Assembly (NCBI GenBank): GCA_021802505.1
Contig: JAJZXE010000005.1
Coordinates: 1 to 44,045, forward strand
From: Nanobdellota archaeon
GTDB taxonomy: Archaea; Nanobdellota; Nanobdellia; Parvarchaeales; Parvarchaeaceae
Length of the DNA stretch: 44,045 bases
Reading direction: 5' to 3'
Shown here piece by piece: positions 9,015 through 19,623 of the stretch. The notes beneath the pieces were generated by a model. The model was not told the DNA's origin. It saw only the letters and a list, made by a program, of their open reading frames with translations, and did no database searches. The first letter of the stretch is position 1. Each line of letters opens with the position of its first letter. Made by a program: the position numbers and the translations under genes.

Positions 9015-11312
9015 ATGGAAGAGGATAATAAGATAGGGATAAGCCTAAAAGTTGCGGAAGCACAGCAGGATGATATAGGGCAGAATTCTGTGAGGATAGG
9101 CACCGCCTGGATGAAGCAGATAGGGGTCAGGCCGGGTGATTTTGTAGAGGTAGAGGGAAACAGAAAGACAGTTGCTAAGGTCGATAGAGCACACCCTGGT
9201 GATTTGGGTTTAAACATAATAAGGATGGACGGTACAACGAGAAAGAACGCAAAAGCTGCAATAGGCGAGAACGTAATAGTTAGAAAAGCGGAGGTATTTG
9301 AGGCGGACGTCGTCAATCTTTCTCCGCTTTCAAATGTCTCGATAAGAGGGGCTGAGAACCTTATCGGCAAGCTTCTTCTGGACAGGGCCGTTTCGAAAGG
9401 GGATATAATAACACTGGGCAGCGGCGGCCACAGTTCGTTTGCCTCTTTCTTCGGTGACGATATAATGAGCATATTTGAAAACACGGCTTTTCCTTCGTTT
9501 CAGTTCGGTTTTTCCGAACTGAGGTTTCTTGTCACTTCGACCGCTCCGAAAGGTTTCGTGGTGATAACCGAAAACACGGACATAAACGTCTCTCCTGAGC
9601 CGGTTAAATTTTCCGAAGAAGCGAGGGTAAAGCACGTCAGTTACGAGGACGTCGGTGGGTTATCCGACGAGGTTTCAAAGATAAGGGAGATGGTAGAAAT
9701 ACCATTAAAGCATCCGGAGATTTTCATGAGACTGGGCATAACGCCTCCAAGAGGGGTGCTTTTATACGGTCCGCCGGGAACCGGCAAGACGCTGCTTGCG
9801 AGGGCCGTTGCAGACGAGAGCGAAGCACATTTCATAACGATAAACGGACCGGAAGTAATGAGCAAGTGGGTAGGTGACGCAGAAAAGAAATTGCGCGAGA
9901 TATTCGATGATGCGGAGAAAAACGCTCCTTCCATAATATTCATAGATGAAATAGACGCAATCGCAACCAAAAGAGAAGAAAGCATCGGGGAAGTGGAGCA
10001 TAGGGTGGTTTCACAGCTTCTTACGCTGATGGACGGATTGAAAAGCCGCGGAAAGGTAATCGTGATAGCAGCGACGAACAGGCCGAATGCGATAGATCCC
10101 GCGCTGCGTAGACCGGGAAGGTTCGACAGGGAGATAATGTTCGGCGTTCCGAATGAAAAAGGAAGGCTTGAGATACTTAACATACACACGAGAAACATGC
10201 CCCTGGACCAGAGTAAGGACAAGGGGGTAGACCTCGCATACATTTCAAAAATAACGCACGGATTCGTAGGCGCGGACATAGAATCGCTCATAAAGGAAGC
10301 CGCAATGAACGTTATAAGGAGAAATATAAACGAACTCAATGTAAAGGAGGGGGAAAACATACCCAAGGGCGTCCTGGAAAAACTTACCGTCACAATGGAT
10401 GATTTTAGGGAGGCCCTCAGGTTCGTAAGGCCCAGTGCGATGCGTGAAGTCCTTGTTGAAAGGCCGAGCGTCGGCTGGGAAGATGTCGGCGGTTTGGATG
10501 CAGTAAAGGCGCAGCTGAAGGAGGCTATAGAATGGCCGTTGAAGCACCCTGATTCGTTCAGAAAAGTGGGCATAACTCCCCCGAAAGGGATACTGCTTTA
10601 TGGCCCTCCAGGAACAGGCAAGACTCTGCTTGCCAAGGCGGTAGCGCACGAAACTGAATCAAACTTCATAGCTATAAAGGGACCGGAAATCTACAACAAA
10701 TACGTCGGTGAGAGCGAGAAGAGGATAAGGGAGATCTTTGACAAGGCAAGGCAGGTCTCCCCTTCAATAATCTTCATAGATGAATTAGACAGTATAGCTT
10801 CCTCACGTTCTAATTACGAGGGCAACAATGCAACGGAACAGGTTGTTAACCAGCTGCTAACAGAACTGGATGGCATTGAGCCGCTTAAAAACGTGATTGT
10901 TATAGGTGCTACAAACAGGATAGACAAGGTCGATTCTGCGATACTAAGAACGGGCAGATTTGACAACATAGTGTTCGTGCCGCCGCCGGATGAAAACGGA
11001 AGGAAGGACATACTCAGGGTTTATCTCACTAGAATGCCGATAGAGGGGGATAAGGAAGAACTTATAGAATACCTTGTAAAGAAGACCGAAGGCTATGTCG
11101 GATCAGACCTGGAGAGGCTTACAAAGGAAGCGGGAATGAACGCCCTCAGAAACAACATAGCAGCGACCAAGGTTACAAGGGATGACTTTGAAAAATCGCT
11201 GGAAATTGTAAGGCCGAGCCTGAGTCCGGACGACGCAAAGAAATACGAAGAGATGGCGAAGAAACTTTACAGTAAAAGGGAGAAGGCGAAGGAGTTGAAC
11301 TACTTCGGTTAA
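9015..11312 (+). CDS. cdc48: CDC48/VCP family AAA+ ATPase (VAT)
   Basis: N-domain with IIRMDG, two AAA modules (GPPGTGKT twice, IIFIDE twice, [12 protein letters not shown]), C-terminal NYFG (HbYX-like); GGAGG SD upstream. Confidence 0.97.
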   Translation: MEEDNKIGISLKVAEAQQDDIGQNSVRIGTAWMKQIGVRPGDFVEVEGNRKTVAKVDRAHPGDLGLNIIRMDGTTRKNAKAAIGENVIVRKAEVFEADVVNLSPLSNVSIRGAENLIGKLLLDRAVSKGDIITLGSGGHSSFASFFGDDIMSIFENTAFPSFQFGFSELRFLVTSTAPKGFVVITENTDINVSPEPVKFSEEARVKHVSYEDVGGLSDEVSKIREMVEIPLKHPEIFMRLGITPPRGVLLYGPPGTGKTLLARAVADESEAHFITINGPEVMSKWVGDAEKKLREIFDDAEKNAPSIIFIDEIDAIATKREESIGEVEHRVVSQLLTLMDGLKSRGKVIVIAATNRPNAIDPALRRPGRFDREIMFGVPNEKGRLEILNIHTRNMPLDQSKDKGVDLAYISKITHGFVGADIESLIKEAAMNVIRRNINELNVKEGENIPKGVLEKLTVTMDDFREALRFVRPSAMREVLVERPSVGWEDVGGLDAVKAQLKEAIEWPLKHPDSFRKVGITPPKGILLYGPPGTGKTLLAKAVAHETESNFIAIKGPEIYNKYVGESEKRIREIFDKARQVSPSIIFIDELDSIASSRSNYEGNNATEQVVNQLLTELDGIEPLKNVIVIGATNRIDKVDSAILRTGRFDNIVFVPPPDENGRKDILRVYLTRMPIEGDKEELIEYLVKKTEGYVGSDLERLTKEAGMNALRNNIAATKVTRDDFEKSLEIVRPSLSPDDAKKYEEMAKKLYSKREKAKELNYFG

Positions 11313-11313
11313 A

Positions 11314-11979
11314 ATGGATCATGAGGATATATACAAGCTTATACTGAACGATGAGCTTGGCTGGGAGCATCTTATAACCACCATAATAAGGGAGGAGGAG
11401 ATGGATCCCATGGATATAGACCTCATAAAAATAGCGGACAGATTTGCCGCGCTTCTTTCCAGGATAAACCAGATCGATTTCCGTTTTGGCGGCAAGTTTG
11501 TTTACACGGCAGCAATTCTCCTTAAGATGAAATCAGATACAGTCATAGGGGAAATGCTGGAGCTGAACAGGAAAAAAGAGCATGAAAGCCAGCAGAGATA
11601 CATAAAGGCCGTGCCTTTTGACATAACGGTCACTTCAAAACTGCCTATTTTCAGGAGCAGAAAGATCACCCTTACCGAATTGATAAACACCATAAGGGAT
11701 GCGATGCGGTACAGCGGCAAGCAGAAGATAAACTTTGAACTTAAACTGAGGGAAGTCAAGATAGAAGAAAGGATCAGATACCTTATTGAAAAACTGTCAA
11801 GACTTTTCGGCCTTAAAGAAGTGGTGGCATTCTCCGAACTTATAGCCAAGAAAAACGACAGGAAGGAAGTAATCTATACCCTTCTGCCGCTTTTGTTCAT
11901 ATCTAACATGAACAAGGTGGAGCTGCTGCAGGAGCAGCCCTTCCAGGAGATATACATAAAAAGCAGGGTCAAAAGTTAG
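11314..11979 (+). CDS. scpA: Segregation and condensation protein A (kleisin)
   Basis: MDPMDIDLIKIADRF, AAILLKMKSD, LLPLLFI...VELLQEQPFQEIYI kleisin motifs. Confidence 0.92.
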   Translation: MDHEDIYKLILNDELGWEHLITTIIREEEMDPMDIDLIKIADRFAALLSRINQIDFRFGGKFVYTAAILLKMKSDTVIGEMLELNRKKEHESQQRYIKAVPFDITVTSKLPIFRSRKITLTELINTIRDAMRYSGKQKINFELKLREVKIEERIRYLIEKLSRLFGLKEVVAFSELIAKKNDRKEVIYTLLPLLFISNMNKVELLQEQPFQEIYIKSRVKS

Positions 11980-12048
11980 ACGGGAGCAGGAACTGTATAC
12001 AAAGCGATATGGCCCAGGTTTTTATTGATAAAAAAACAATAGAATGAT

Positions 12049-12582
12049 ATGGCTAAGATAAACGAATACGTTGAGGCATTGATATTTTCCTTTGGGGACG
12101 GAATAAGTCTGGATGAACTGGTGAAACGCACAAAATCAGATCCGATCATAATAAAAAAGGCAGTAGATTCTCTTAATAAAGGATATGAGGAGAGGAAAAG
12201 CGCCTTTTACATATTGACGGAGGGAAATCTGTACAGAATGAGATTAAGGAGCGATCTGCTGCATTTGGTACAGGACACTTTAAGGACTGACATGAGCAGG
12301 GGCGTCCTCATGACTCTTAGTTTAATTGTCCTGAGCGGAAAGATCAAGCAGAGCGATCTTATCAAAAAAAGAGGAAGCATCTCCTACCAGCACGTGAAGG
12401 AACTCCAGTCCCGCGGCCTTGTTTCAACTGCAGTAGAAGACGGCAGGAAAGTGATAAGGATAACCCCGTCGTTTTACGATTATTTCGACGTCGAAAAGAA
12501 GGAATTCAAGGAGATAACCGACACCATCAAGGAAGAGTTGAAGAAGGAGGATAATCAGACCGTAAAGTATGAAGGAAATTAA
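12049..12582 (+). CDS. scpB: Segregation and condensation protein B (kite subunit)
   Basis: VEALIF, tandem winged helices, QSDLIKKRG...HVKEL...GLV, TPSFYDYF; follows scpA. Confidence 0.9.
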   Translation: MAKINEYVEALIFSFGDGISLDELVKRTKSDPIIIKKAVDSLNKGYEERKSAFYILTEGNLYRMRLRSDLLHLVQDTLRTDMSRGVLMTLSLIVLSGKIKQSDLIKKRGSISYQHVKELQSRGLVSTAVEDGRKVIRITPSFYDYFDVEKKEFKEITDTIKEELKKEDNQTVKYEGN

Positions 12583-13124
12583 AAGACGACGACCTTTCTC
12601 TTTATTATGGTTTGCGGCGGCTTTTCTTCCTTTACCGTGTTTTCCGTTTTTTTAACCTCTTCCACAGCGGGTTTTTCTGGTTTAACTGGTTCCGTCGTTT
12701 TTACCCTCTCTATCGCGGATTTTATGGCGTTCGCTATTGCAGTAAAATCGCTTTCCTCCAGTTTCTGCGGCTGCCATACGTGATTTATCGAGTCATCGTC
12801 ATATCTCGGCAGCAGGTGTATAAGCGCATGCGGAGTAACAGTTCCCTTTGTAAGCTCCTTGGTATAGAGTAATTCCACATTATTGGGGGCGAGAGACAGC
12901 AGTATGGCGTATCCTACTGCTCTTGCCACGCTCACATACCCTAAAAATTCGTCCTGCGGTATCTCATACAGGTTGTTATAGTGTTTTTTAGGTATGATTA
13001 TGACATGGCCTTTTGAAGCGGGGTTTATGTCCAGCACGCCCATTACCAGCGAATCTTCATAAACCTCTTTCGAAGGTATCTTCTTGCCGGCTATCTTGCA
13101 GAATATGCAGTTTTCCTCCTCCAT
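12579..13124 (-). CDS. HIT family protein with a degenerate histidine triad
   Basis: CIFCKI, LDINPASKGHVIIIPKKH; the triad reads HALIH; K/E/P-rich C-terminal tail. Confidence 0.9.
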   Translation of the reverse strand: MEEENCIFCKIAGKKIPSKEVYEDSLVMGVLDINPASKGHVIIIPKKHYNNLYEIPQDEFLGYVSVARAVGYAILLSLAPNNVELLYTKELTKGTVTPHALIHLLPRYDDDSINHVWQPQKLEESDFTAIANAIKSAIERVKTTEPVKPEKPAVEEVKKTENTVKEEKPPQTIIKRKVVVF

Positions 13125-13225
13125 GACTTTTTATAGTCCTTTAAAGTATTTATCGTTTAGTGACGGTTTTACCGCCAATTTTAACGGAAAAAAAGCTTTT
13201 TAAGTAATAAAACTATAGGTCTATT

Positions 13226-13486
13226 ATGAAAGCAAAAACTAATGTAAAGTTTGCTGACGAAGAAAAAAGAATAGTAGATGCAGGGATCGGTTTGATACTG
13301 TTCGGATTGGGAGTAGTCCTTATAGTATTTGGCCTTGTGTCTATTATCTCAGCAGCGGTTCTTAGTGGTTATTTCTACAAGACCGTTACGACAGCTCCGT
13401 CAACTTACATATACCCCTTGTTTGAGGTTATAATCGGAATAATCGTATTCGCCTTTTCGATGTGGGTATTCAGGGCAAGGGTATAA
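13226..13486 (+). CDS. Small membrane protein, two predicted TM helices
   Basis: Two long hydrophobic stretches, TATA-like box ~29 nt upstream, T-rich tract downstream. Confidence 0.75.
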   Translation: MKAKTNVKFADEEKRIVDAGIGLILFGLGVVLIVFGLVSIISAAVLSGYFYKTVTTAPSTYIYPLFEVIIGIIVFAFSMWVFRARV

Positions 13487-13498
13487 GGATCATTTGGG

Positions 13499-13524
13499 TT
13501 TTTATTTTTTTTACTTTTATTTTT
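13499..13524 (+). terminator. Oligo-T archaeal terminator
   Basis: TTTTTATTTTTTTTACTTTTATTTTT directly after the stop at 13486. Confidence 0.6.
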
Positions 13525-13527
13525 GGT

Positions 13528-13577
13528 GAAAAAGAAAGATTTATATACTTGTTTGAGTCTTAGTAGTTTGTAGGTGA
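13528..13577 (+). promoter_or_regulatory. BRE/TATA promoter and SD of the TrmB-like gene
   Basis: A-rich BRE, TTTATATA at 13540-13547, GGTGA at 13573-13577 before ATG 13584. Confidence 0.65.
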
Positions 13578-13583
13578 TATATC

Positions 13584-14381
13584 ATGGCATTGTCGTTTAG
13601 TGAAGATTATATAGCAAAAGTAAGGAGGATGTTCGGTCTTAACCTGTACGAGGCAAAGGTATGGCTGGCTCTTCTTTCACAGGGCAAATCAACCTCCGGC
13701 AAGTTGAGCGAGATCGCCAATATTCCAAAGTCAAGAGCGTATGACATACTGGTTTCACTGGAAAACGGCGGTTTTATAGTCAGAGACCTAAGCAAACCAA
13801 TAAGTTACCGGGCCATACCGCCACAGGAGCTTATAGAAAAACTCGAGGAAAAGGCAAAGGAATCGCTGGAGCAGAAGGTTGAGAAGCTGAATAAGCTGAA
13901 GGACAGCGCGGTTCTTACGGATCTGCAGAATCTTTACACAAAAGGGATAAAATACGTGGAGGAAGGCAAGGTCGCAAATTCCTACCAGGGTTTGGATAAT
14001 ATATACTTCAGGATAAAGAAAAGTATAGGTTCCGCGAAGAACGAGATAGTAGTTATAACGACCGAACAGTCTCTAGAGAAGAAAATAAACTCGCTCGGGA
14101 GGGCGCTTAAAAAAGCCAAGGCAAATAACGTGACGGTGCATATTTATGCACCGGTGAAGGACGTAAACGAAACCATAATGAACGAGATAAAGCAGTTCGG
14201 AAAACTAAATAAGACAAATTTGGATATAGGAAGGTTTGTCATAGTGGATTCAAACGAAATTTTTATCTTTACAGAGAACGAGGATGAGACACACCCCAGC
14301 AACGAGGTCGTGCTGCACATAAAGGGCAAATACCTCCCGGAAAGGATCAGAAAGCTGGTATCATCGCACGTCGTCGACTGA
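13584..14381 (+). CDS. TrmB family transcriptional regulator / chromatin protein (TrmBL2-like)
   Basis: FGLNLYEAKVWLALL...LSEIANIPKSRAYDILVSLE winged HTH, coiled coil, PLD-like C-terminal domain (RFVIVDSNE); 265 aa. Confidence 0.88.
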   Translation: MALSFSEDYIAKVRRMFGLNLYEAKVWLALLSQGKSTSGKLSEIANIPKSRAYDILVSLENGGFIVRDLSKPISYRAIPPQELIEKLEEKAKESLEQKVEKLNKLKDSAVLTDLQNLYTKGIKYVEEGKVANSYQGLDNIYFRIKKSIGSAKNEIVVITTEQSLEKKINSLGRALKKAKANNVTVHIYAPVKDVNETIMNEIKQFGKLNKTNLDIGRFVIVDSNEIFIFTENEDETHPSNEVVLHIKGKYLPERIRKLVSSHVVD

Positions 14382-14443
14382 GCTTTTGAAGCCTGCGGAA
14401 ATAGTTAGCATTTAATATTAAAAATTTTTTTAGATACTTAGTT

Positions 14444-17400
14444 ATGACTTACATCAAACAGGTAGAACTCGATAATTTTAAATCCTTTGCGGGACACATA
14501 AAGTTCGATTTTATTAATGGCTTCAACGCAATCGCCGGCGCAAACGGTTCGGGTAAAAGCAACATCATAGACGCGCTGCTCTTCGTATTCGGCGGCTCCT
14601 CGAAAAAAGAAATGCGAAGTGATGTCCTTACCGATTTAATATTCAACGGCGGAAAAAACGGAAGACAGGCCGAGCACGCAAAGGTGAATGTAATACTGGA
14701 TAATTCGAAGAACGAATTCAAAGGAACGGCAGAAAAAGAGATTTCGATCAGCAGAAAAGTGGACAAGAACGGAAAAAGCGTCTACAGGATAAACGGAAAG
14801 GCTTCCACCAGGGAAGAAGTCCTTAACCTACTCGCACTTGTAAAATTCAGGCAGGACGGCTTTAACATAATACCGCAGGGGAGAATTCTGGAGATAATAG
14901 GCTCAACGAATGAGGACAGGATGAACCTCATAAATGACATCTCGGGGATAAGCATATTCGAGGATAAAAAAAGCAAGGCCATGAACGAGATGAAGAAAGT
15001 GGAGGACAATATCTCGAAAATAGAGACTATCCTGAACGAGAAGCAAAAGCTCATGGCCCAGCTGGACAAGGAGAAAAACAGGGCGGTTGAGTTCCAGGAG
15101 CTGAAGACCAGGCAGGCGGGTCTTCTTTCAAAACAGGCAATGATAAAAAGAGAGGCCTCGCAGAAGGAACTGCAGGCGATAACCGGGAAATTAAAGGAGA
15201 TAGAGAAGGGAAATGAAGCCCTGGCCGCAGAAATAGAGGCAATAAACGAAAAGACGAAGAAAATAAACGGGGAGATAGACCTGATAAACACAAAGGCCGA
15301 ATCCGAGGGCGAGAAGGAGATACTCGATGCGGAGAACAAGGCGAAGGAATTCGATTCCGAGCTGGCGAGGCTGAATGCCGTCCTTAAGAATGACAATGAA
15401 CAGCTTAAAAACATTCTTTCCTCTATAGAAGAGCTTTCAAAGTCGCAGGAAGAGATGAAGACGCAGGTAAAGGACGAAGAGAAAGAAAAAGATAAATTTG
15501 AGGAGAGGATAAGGCAGCTCAACTCAAGAAAACTCCTTCTCATAGAAAGCGATTCAAAGGCGCAGAATTACCTTAAAACGCACGAGGCTCTCGAGAAGAA
15601 AATTTATGATACAGAAAAAAAGATATACGAGGAAAAGATAATACTGGCAGATTATCCCAAAGTATCGGAGATAGAGGAAGAGCTCACAAAACTGCAGGAA
15701 TCAAGGAATGAGCTTGAAAGGAAAATAAAAGAGAGAACCCTCTCATTCTCGGCGTTGAAACCAGAGATAGACAGGCTGAAGGCGCAGGTGAAAAAGGAAT
15801 CCGATTCGGTTTATCTGCTGAGGGAGAACCTATTCAACCAGAGGAATCTGCTGTCGTCACAGAACAGGGTGATAGAGGTCGTAAACCGGCTAAAAAAGGA
15901 CATAAAAGGAATACACGGTGCGGTATCCGAACTTTTTTCGCTTAACAACGCGGAGTACATGATACCGGTCTTAAGGGCGATAGGGAGGAGGAGCGACTTT
16001 ATAATAGTAGACAGCGAGGAGACCGCCAGAGAGTGCATAGAAAAGCTGAAAAGCGACAGGCTTGGGTTTTATACCTTTGTGCCGCTGACCGCGGTAAAAA
16101 GCAGCTATAGCTTTAACAAAATAGACGACAGCGGAGTCATAGACTATATAATAAACCTTGTGCATTTCTCCGGGGAGTACGCAAATGCGATGAGATTCAT
16201 ATTCGGAGATACAGTCTTAGTGAGTGATTTTGATTCCGCGAAAAGGATGATAAACAGATACAGGATGGTTTTGCGGGACGGCACCGTTTTCGAGAAGACC
16301 GGAACCGTCTCCGGCGGACATTTTGAGGTGCCCAATGTCCTTAACATAAACAAGAGAATCTCTGAAATAACTTTGGAAATGGAAGAGCATTCAGGGTTAA
16401 AGGAAAAATATGAAGAGGAGATCATCGAAAAAGAATCGACGCTGAATTCATTTATGACCGAGATAAAAGTTCAGCAGAAGACCCTTGATGAAACCAGAAG
16501 TCAGATCACTAAGCTTATGCAGGAGAGGGCAAAGTTTACCGGAACGGAATCCGAAATATCAGAGAACATAAGAAAGCTGGAGAATGAAAGCATTGAATTG
16601 AAATCCAGGCTAGCGGACCTGGAAAAGAACAAACCCCAAATATCGGATCATAAAAAGGAGATAGAATCCATTGAAAGAGAGGTGGGCGATCTGCAGGTCA
16701 AGGTTGCAACTTCAGGCAACAAACTCTCCGCTGTTCTGCTGTCGGAAATAAACAATCTCGAAAAAAGGTATTCACAGCTGAACAGGGAGCGGGAAAAGTT
16801 TGAAAAGGACATAGGTGAGGTCGAAAGCGCGATAAAGGATACGCGGGAAAAATACGAGAAGGCGAGGGGTGAACTCTCAAACAAATCGAATAATCTCAGC
16901 ATGCTCAGAAAGAGAAGGACGGAGCTTCTGACCGAGGTGAGCCGTCTTCAAAAAGAAAGAGAGGAAGTGTATTCTAAATCGCAGAGGGTCGGCTCAGAGC
17001 TGAACGCATTAAAGGTTAAGGAAGCGGAGCTAAAGGTAAAGTTTGAGACGGCGGATGAAGAATACGCAAAGTATAAAGTGGAGAGTTTACAGCTAGAGGA
17101 GGGAGAAACGCTTGAGAGAATAACAAAGGAGCTTAACTCCATAACCTCCAAAATAAGTTCATTCGGTCCCATAAACGAGCTGGCCGTGAAAACCTTCAAC
17201 GAGACGCAGCAGCAATACGATGAATTCGAGGGCAAGCTCCTGAAATTGAACGAGGAAAAATCCAGGATAATGGCCATAATATCCGAGATAGAGCAGAAGA
17301 AGCTCGAATCGTTCATGAAAACCCTGTCGGACATAAATACGATGTTCACCAAGGTCTTCAATTCCATAACCGGCGGAAAGGCCGAACTAGTCCCGGAAGA

Positions 17401-17764
17401 CCCGCAAAATGTATTCTCCTCCGGACTGGACATCGCCATAGATCTTCCCAATAAGAAAGTAAGAAATGTGAGGGGTCTGAGCGGAGGGGAGCTTTCCGTT
17501 GTTGCGATCTCCCTTATAATGGCCCTCTCGAAATATACCGATGCGGTCTTCTATGTTCTGGATGAGGTAGACGCAGCACTTGATTCCATAAACGCCGGCA
17601 ACTTCTCCGCTTTGGTCAAGGCGTATTCTGTGTCATCGCAGTTTATAGTGATATCGCACAATGAGACCACTCTCATAAATGCCGACGTAATCTACGGCGT
17701 TACGATGAACAACGAAGGAGTAAGCAGGGTCGTAAGCGTCAAGATGCCCGAGCAGGGCAAGTGA
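14444..17764 (+). CDS. smc: Chromosome segregation protein SMC
   Basis: NFKSF, Walker A GANGSGKSN, Q-loop IIPQG, hinge GX6GX3GG (GTVFEKTGTVSGG), LSGGE signature, YVLDEVDAALD, QFIVISH. Confidence 0.97.
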   Translation: MTYIKQVELDNFKSFAGHIKFDFINGFNAIAGANGSGKSNIIDALLFVFGGSSKKEMRSDVLTDLIFNGGKNGRQAEHAKVNVILDNSKNEFKGTAEKEISISRKVDKNGKSVYRINGKASTREEVLNLLALVKFRQDGFNIIPQGRILEIIGSTNEDRMNLINDISGISIFEDKKSKAMNEMKKVEDNISKIETILNEKQKLMAQLDKEKNRAVEFQELKTRQAGLLSKQAMIKREASQKELQAITGKLKEIEKGNEALAAEIEAINEKTKKINGEIDLINTKAESEGEKEILDAENKAKEFDSELARLNAVLKNDNEQLKNILSSIEELSKSQEEMKTQVKDEEKEKDKFEERIRQLNSRKLLLIESDSKAQNYLKTHEALEKKIYDTEKKIYEEKIILADYPKVSEIEEELTKLQESRNELERKIKERTLSFSALKPEIDRLKAQVKKESDSVYLLRENLFNQRNLLSSQNRVIEVVNRLKKDIKGIHGAVSELFSLNNAEYMIPVLRAIGRRSDFIIVDSEETARECIEKLKSDRLGFYTFVPLTAVKSSYSFNKIDDSGVIDYIINLVHFSGEYANAMRFIFGDTVLVSDFDSAKRMINRYRMVLRDGTVFEKTGTVSGGHFEVPNVLNINKRISEITLEMEEHSGLKEKYEEEIIEKESTLNSFMTEIKVQQKTLDETRSQITKLMQERAKFTGTESEISENIRKLENESIELKSRLADLEKNKPQISDHKKEIESIEREVGDLQVKVATSGNKLSAVLLSEINNLEKRYSQLNREREKFEKDIGEVESAIKDTREKYEKARGELSNKSNNLSMLRKRRTELLTEVSRLQKEREEVYSKSQRVGSELNALKVKEAELKVKFETADEEYAKYKVESLQLEEGETLERITKELNSITSKISSFGPINELAVKTFNETQQQYDEFEGKLLKLNEEKSRIMAIISEIEQKKLESFMKTLSDINTMFTKVFNSITGGKAELVPEDPQNVFSSGLDIAIDLPNKKVRNVRGLSGGELSVVAISLIMALSKYTDAVFYVLDEVDAALDSINAGNFSALVKAYSVSSQFIVISHNETTLINADVIYGVTMNNEGVSRVVSVKMPEQGK

Positions 17765-18553
17765 TTATTTAAAGTAATCCGCCACCATTTTTATTTCGTT
17801 CACGGTGAGTTTCTTGACTTCCTTATAACCTATATTCTTTATTTCATCCGGGATACCGGAAAATTCCGTCCTGCCTTCCCTTTTCGTTTTGTATTCTACT
17901 GCTATCAGTCCGTTTATTATCGCGTTTTTTAGCGTCATCTCCCTTCTGCGGAATATCTCCTGCATTACACCATTTTGTTTTTTGGTCATCTTTATCATCC
18001 TGCTTGTCACCCGGGGTACAGGATAAAACGCATTTTTTGTCACTTCGGTAATTTCAATAAAATCGAAGAATATCTTCTGCACCGCGGAAAAAACTGTGTC
18101 TTCTTTTTTGGACAGCAGCTGCTGCGCTATCGTATTCGGCAGTATCATCACTCCCGTGTCAAAATCATAAAAAGAAATTTTTTCAAGCAAACGGTCTGCG
18201 ATATTGTACGGCGGATTCGATATTATCTTGTTAAATTTAGGGTATACCATATCCAGCGCATCGGCGTTTATTATCTCAACATTCGGATCCAGCTCATATT
18301 TATCTATAAGATATGAATAGCATTTTATTTCCTTCTCGACCGCAATAATGTGGCAGATTTTTCTTGCTTCGGTTTCTATGCTGCCGAATCCCGCACCTAT
18401 ATCCAAAACAGTGTCTGTTTCCTTTAATTCAGCGCTGCCTATTTCCTTGGCAAGAGTGTCTTCATCGACAAGAAAGTTCTGTCCGTTTTCATTGTCGCCT
18501 TTTATGCCGAAATCTTTTACGAGTTTTATTATTGTATCCTTCAATGGAGTCAT
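17765..18553 (-). CDS. rsmA: 16S rRNA adenine dimethyltransferase KsgA/Dim1
   Basis: GQNFLVD, VLDIGAGFG, ISNPPYNI, FYPVPRVTS motifs. Confidence 0.92.
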   Translation of the reverse strand: MTPLKDTIIKLVKDFGIKGDNENGQNFLVDEDTLAKEIGSAELKETDTVLDIGAGFGSIETEARKICHIIAVEKEIKCYSYLIDKYELDPNVEIINADALDMVYPKFNKIISNPPYNIADRLLEKISFYDFDTGVMILPNTIAQQLLSKKEDTVFSAVQKIFFDFIEITEVTKNAFYPVPRVTSRMIKMTKKQNGVMQEIFRRREMTLKNAIINGLIAVEYKTKREGRTEFSGIPDEIKNIGYKEVKKLTVNEIKMVADYFK

Positions 18554-18554
18554 A

Positions 18555-18833
18555 TTACTTGGAGTTTCCTCTCGGTGGCTTCAGCCTTTGAACGGCATAT
18601 CTCTGGCCGCATTCGCCGCAGTTAAATACATACATCTCCTTTGTTTTTCCGCTCTCTCTGATTTTTTCCGTTACAAGCTCAGATTTAAAGTCGTTATCGG
18701 CCCCGCACTTCGGGCATTTGAAAACGAAGTTGAAATCACTGCTGCCAGTTTCACGGTAAATGAGCAGCTTCTCGCTTTTTCCTTCAAAAACAACAAACGA
18801 TTTTTTTATGAAATTTATTTTGTCTATGTCCAT
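18555..18833 (-). CDS. Zinc-ribbon protein
   Basis: CPKCG and CGECG knuckles; stop 1 nt before the ksgA start. Confidence 0.8.
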   Translation of the reverse strand: MDIDKINFIKKSFVVFEGKSEKLLIYRETGSSDFNFVFKCPKCGADNDFKSELVTEKIRESGKTKEMYVFNCGECGQRYAVQRLKPPRGNSK

Positions 18834-18866
18834 ATGAGAGAAAGTTATTTTTATTTTATATAATTA

Positions 18867-19520
18867 TCATTCAACCGATATGCGATTCAGTTCCCCGCTT
18901 TCTTTTATCCATATAGCCCAGCACAGCGCTGTCTGGCTTATGCCTAATCTGTCAGCAATTTCCCTCCCTTTTGCTATTCCATCATGCGGTGTTTTAACCC
19001 CCCAAAAATTTCTGTTTATCCATCTCAGTATTATCTTATCCGGCATTACTGTATCTACTCCGCTTTGTATCCGCAGATACTGAAAAGTGTTTATTCCCAC
19101 TCCTTTTATTCCGCCTATCTCGTCTTCTTTAAATCTTAAAGGGTCCGCCTTCTCCGCCCAATCCTTAAGTGTTTTGATCTCATTTTTTCCACTGCTGTTT
19201 GCGGATACAAATCTGCATATTTCATTCATTACGTTCCAGACCCTCTCATTTCCGAAAAAGTCCATAAGCTCTTTTCTTTTTATTTTACCAAAATCCGAGC
19301 ATTTCACGATTTTTCTGTTTTTGGTATAAATTTCGCGGAATTTTTTGACTCTCGGCACTACGACGGTAAAGTAATTTAAGCCGGTGCTGTCCATGCACGC
19401 GTCCAGTATAATAAGAAGCGCGTTCCCTCCCCATCTTCTTCCTTCACTGCATAATCTCGCAAACCCTTCTGCTTCCCCTACTACTTCCTTTCCGAAAAGC
19501 TTTAATGCGTTCTTTTTCAT
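18867..19520 (-). CDS. Hypothetical protein with a helix-hairpin-helix motif (HhH-GPD superfamily-like)
   Basis: IGGIKGVGINTFQYL HhH followed by GVDTVMPD. Confidence 0.65.
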   Translation of the reverse strand: MKKNALKLFGKEVVGEAEGFARLCSEGRRWGGNALLIILDACMDSTGLNYFTVVVPRVKKFREIYTKNRKIVKCSDFGKIKRKELMDFFGNERVWNVMNEICRFVSANSSGKNEIKTLKDWAEKADPLRFKEDEIGGIKGVGINTFQYLRIQSGVDTVMPDKIILRWINRNFWGVKTPHDGIAKGREIADRLGISQTALCWAIWIKESGELNRISVE

Positions 19521-19623
19521 TATCTAAGAATAAAGTGTGTGGTATTTATTATATTTTATCCAAAAAAAGGATAAAAATATATATAAAGGTAAAAAACATA
19601 AGTAGTGTATAATTTCGATAAAT

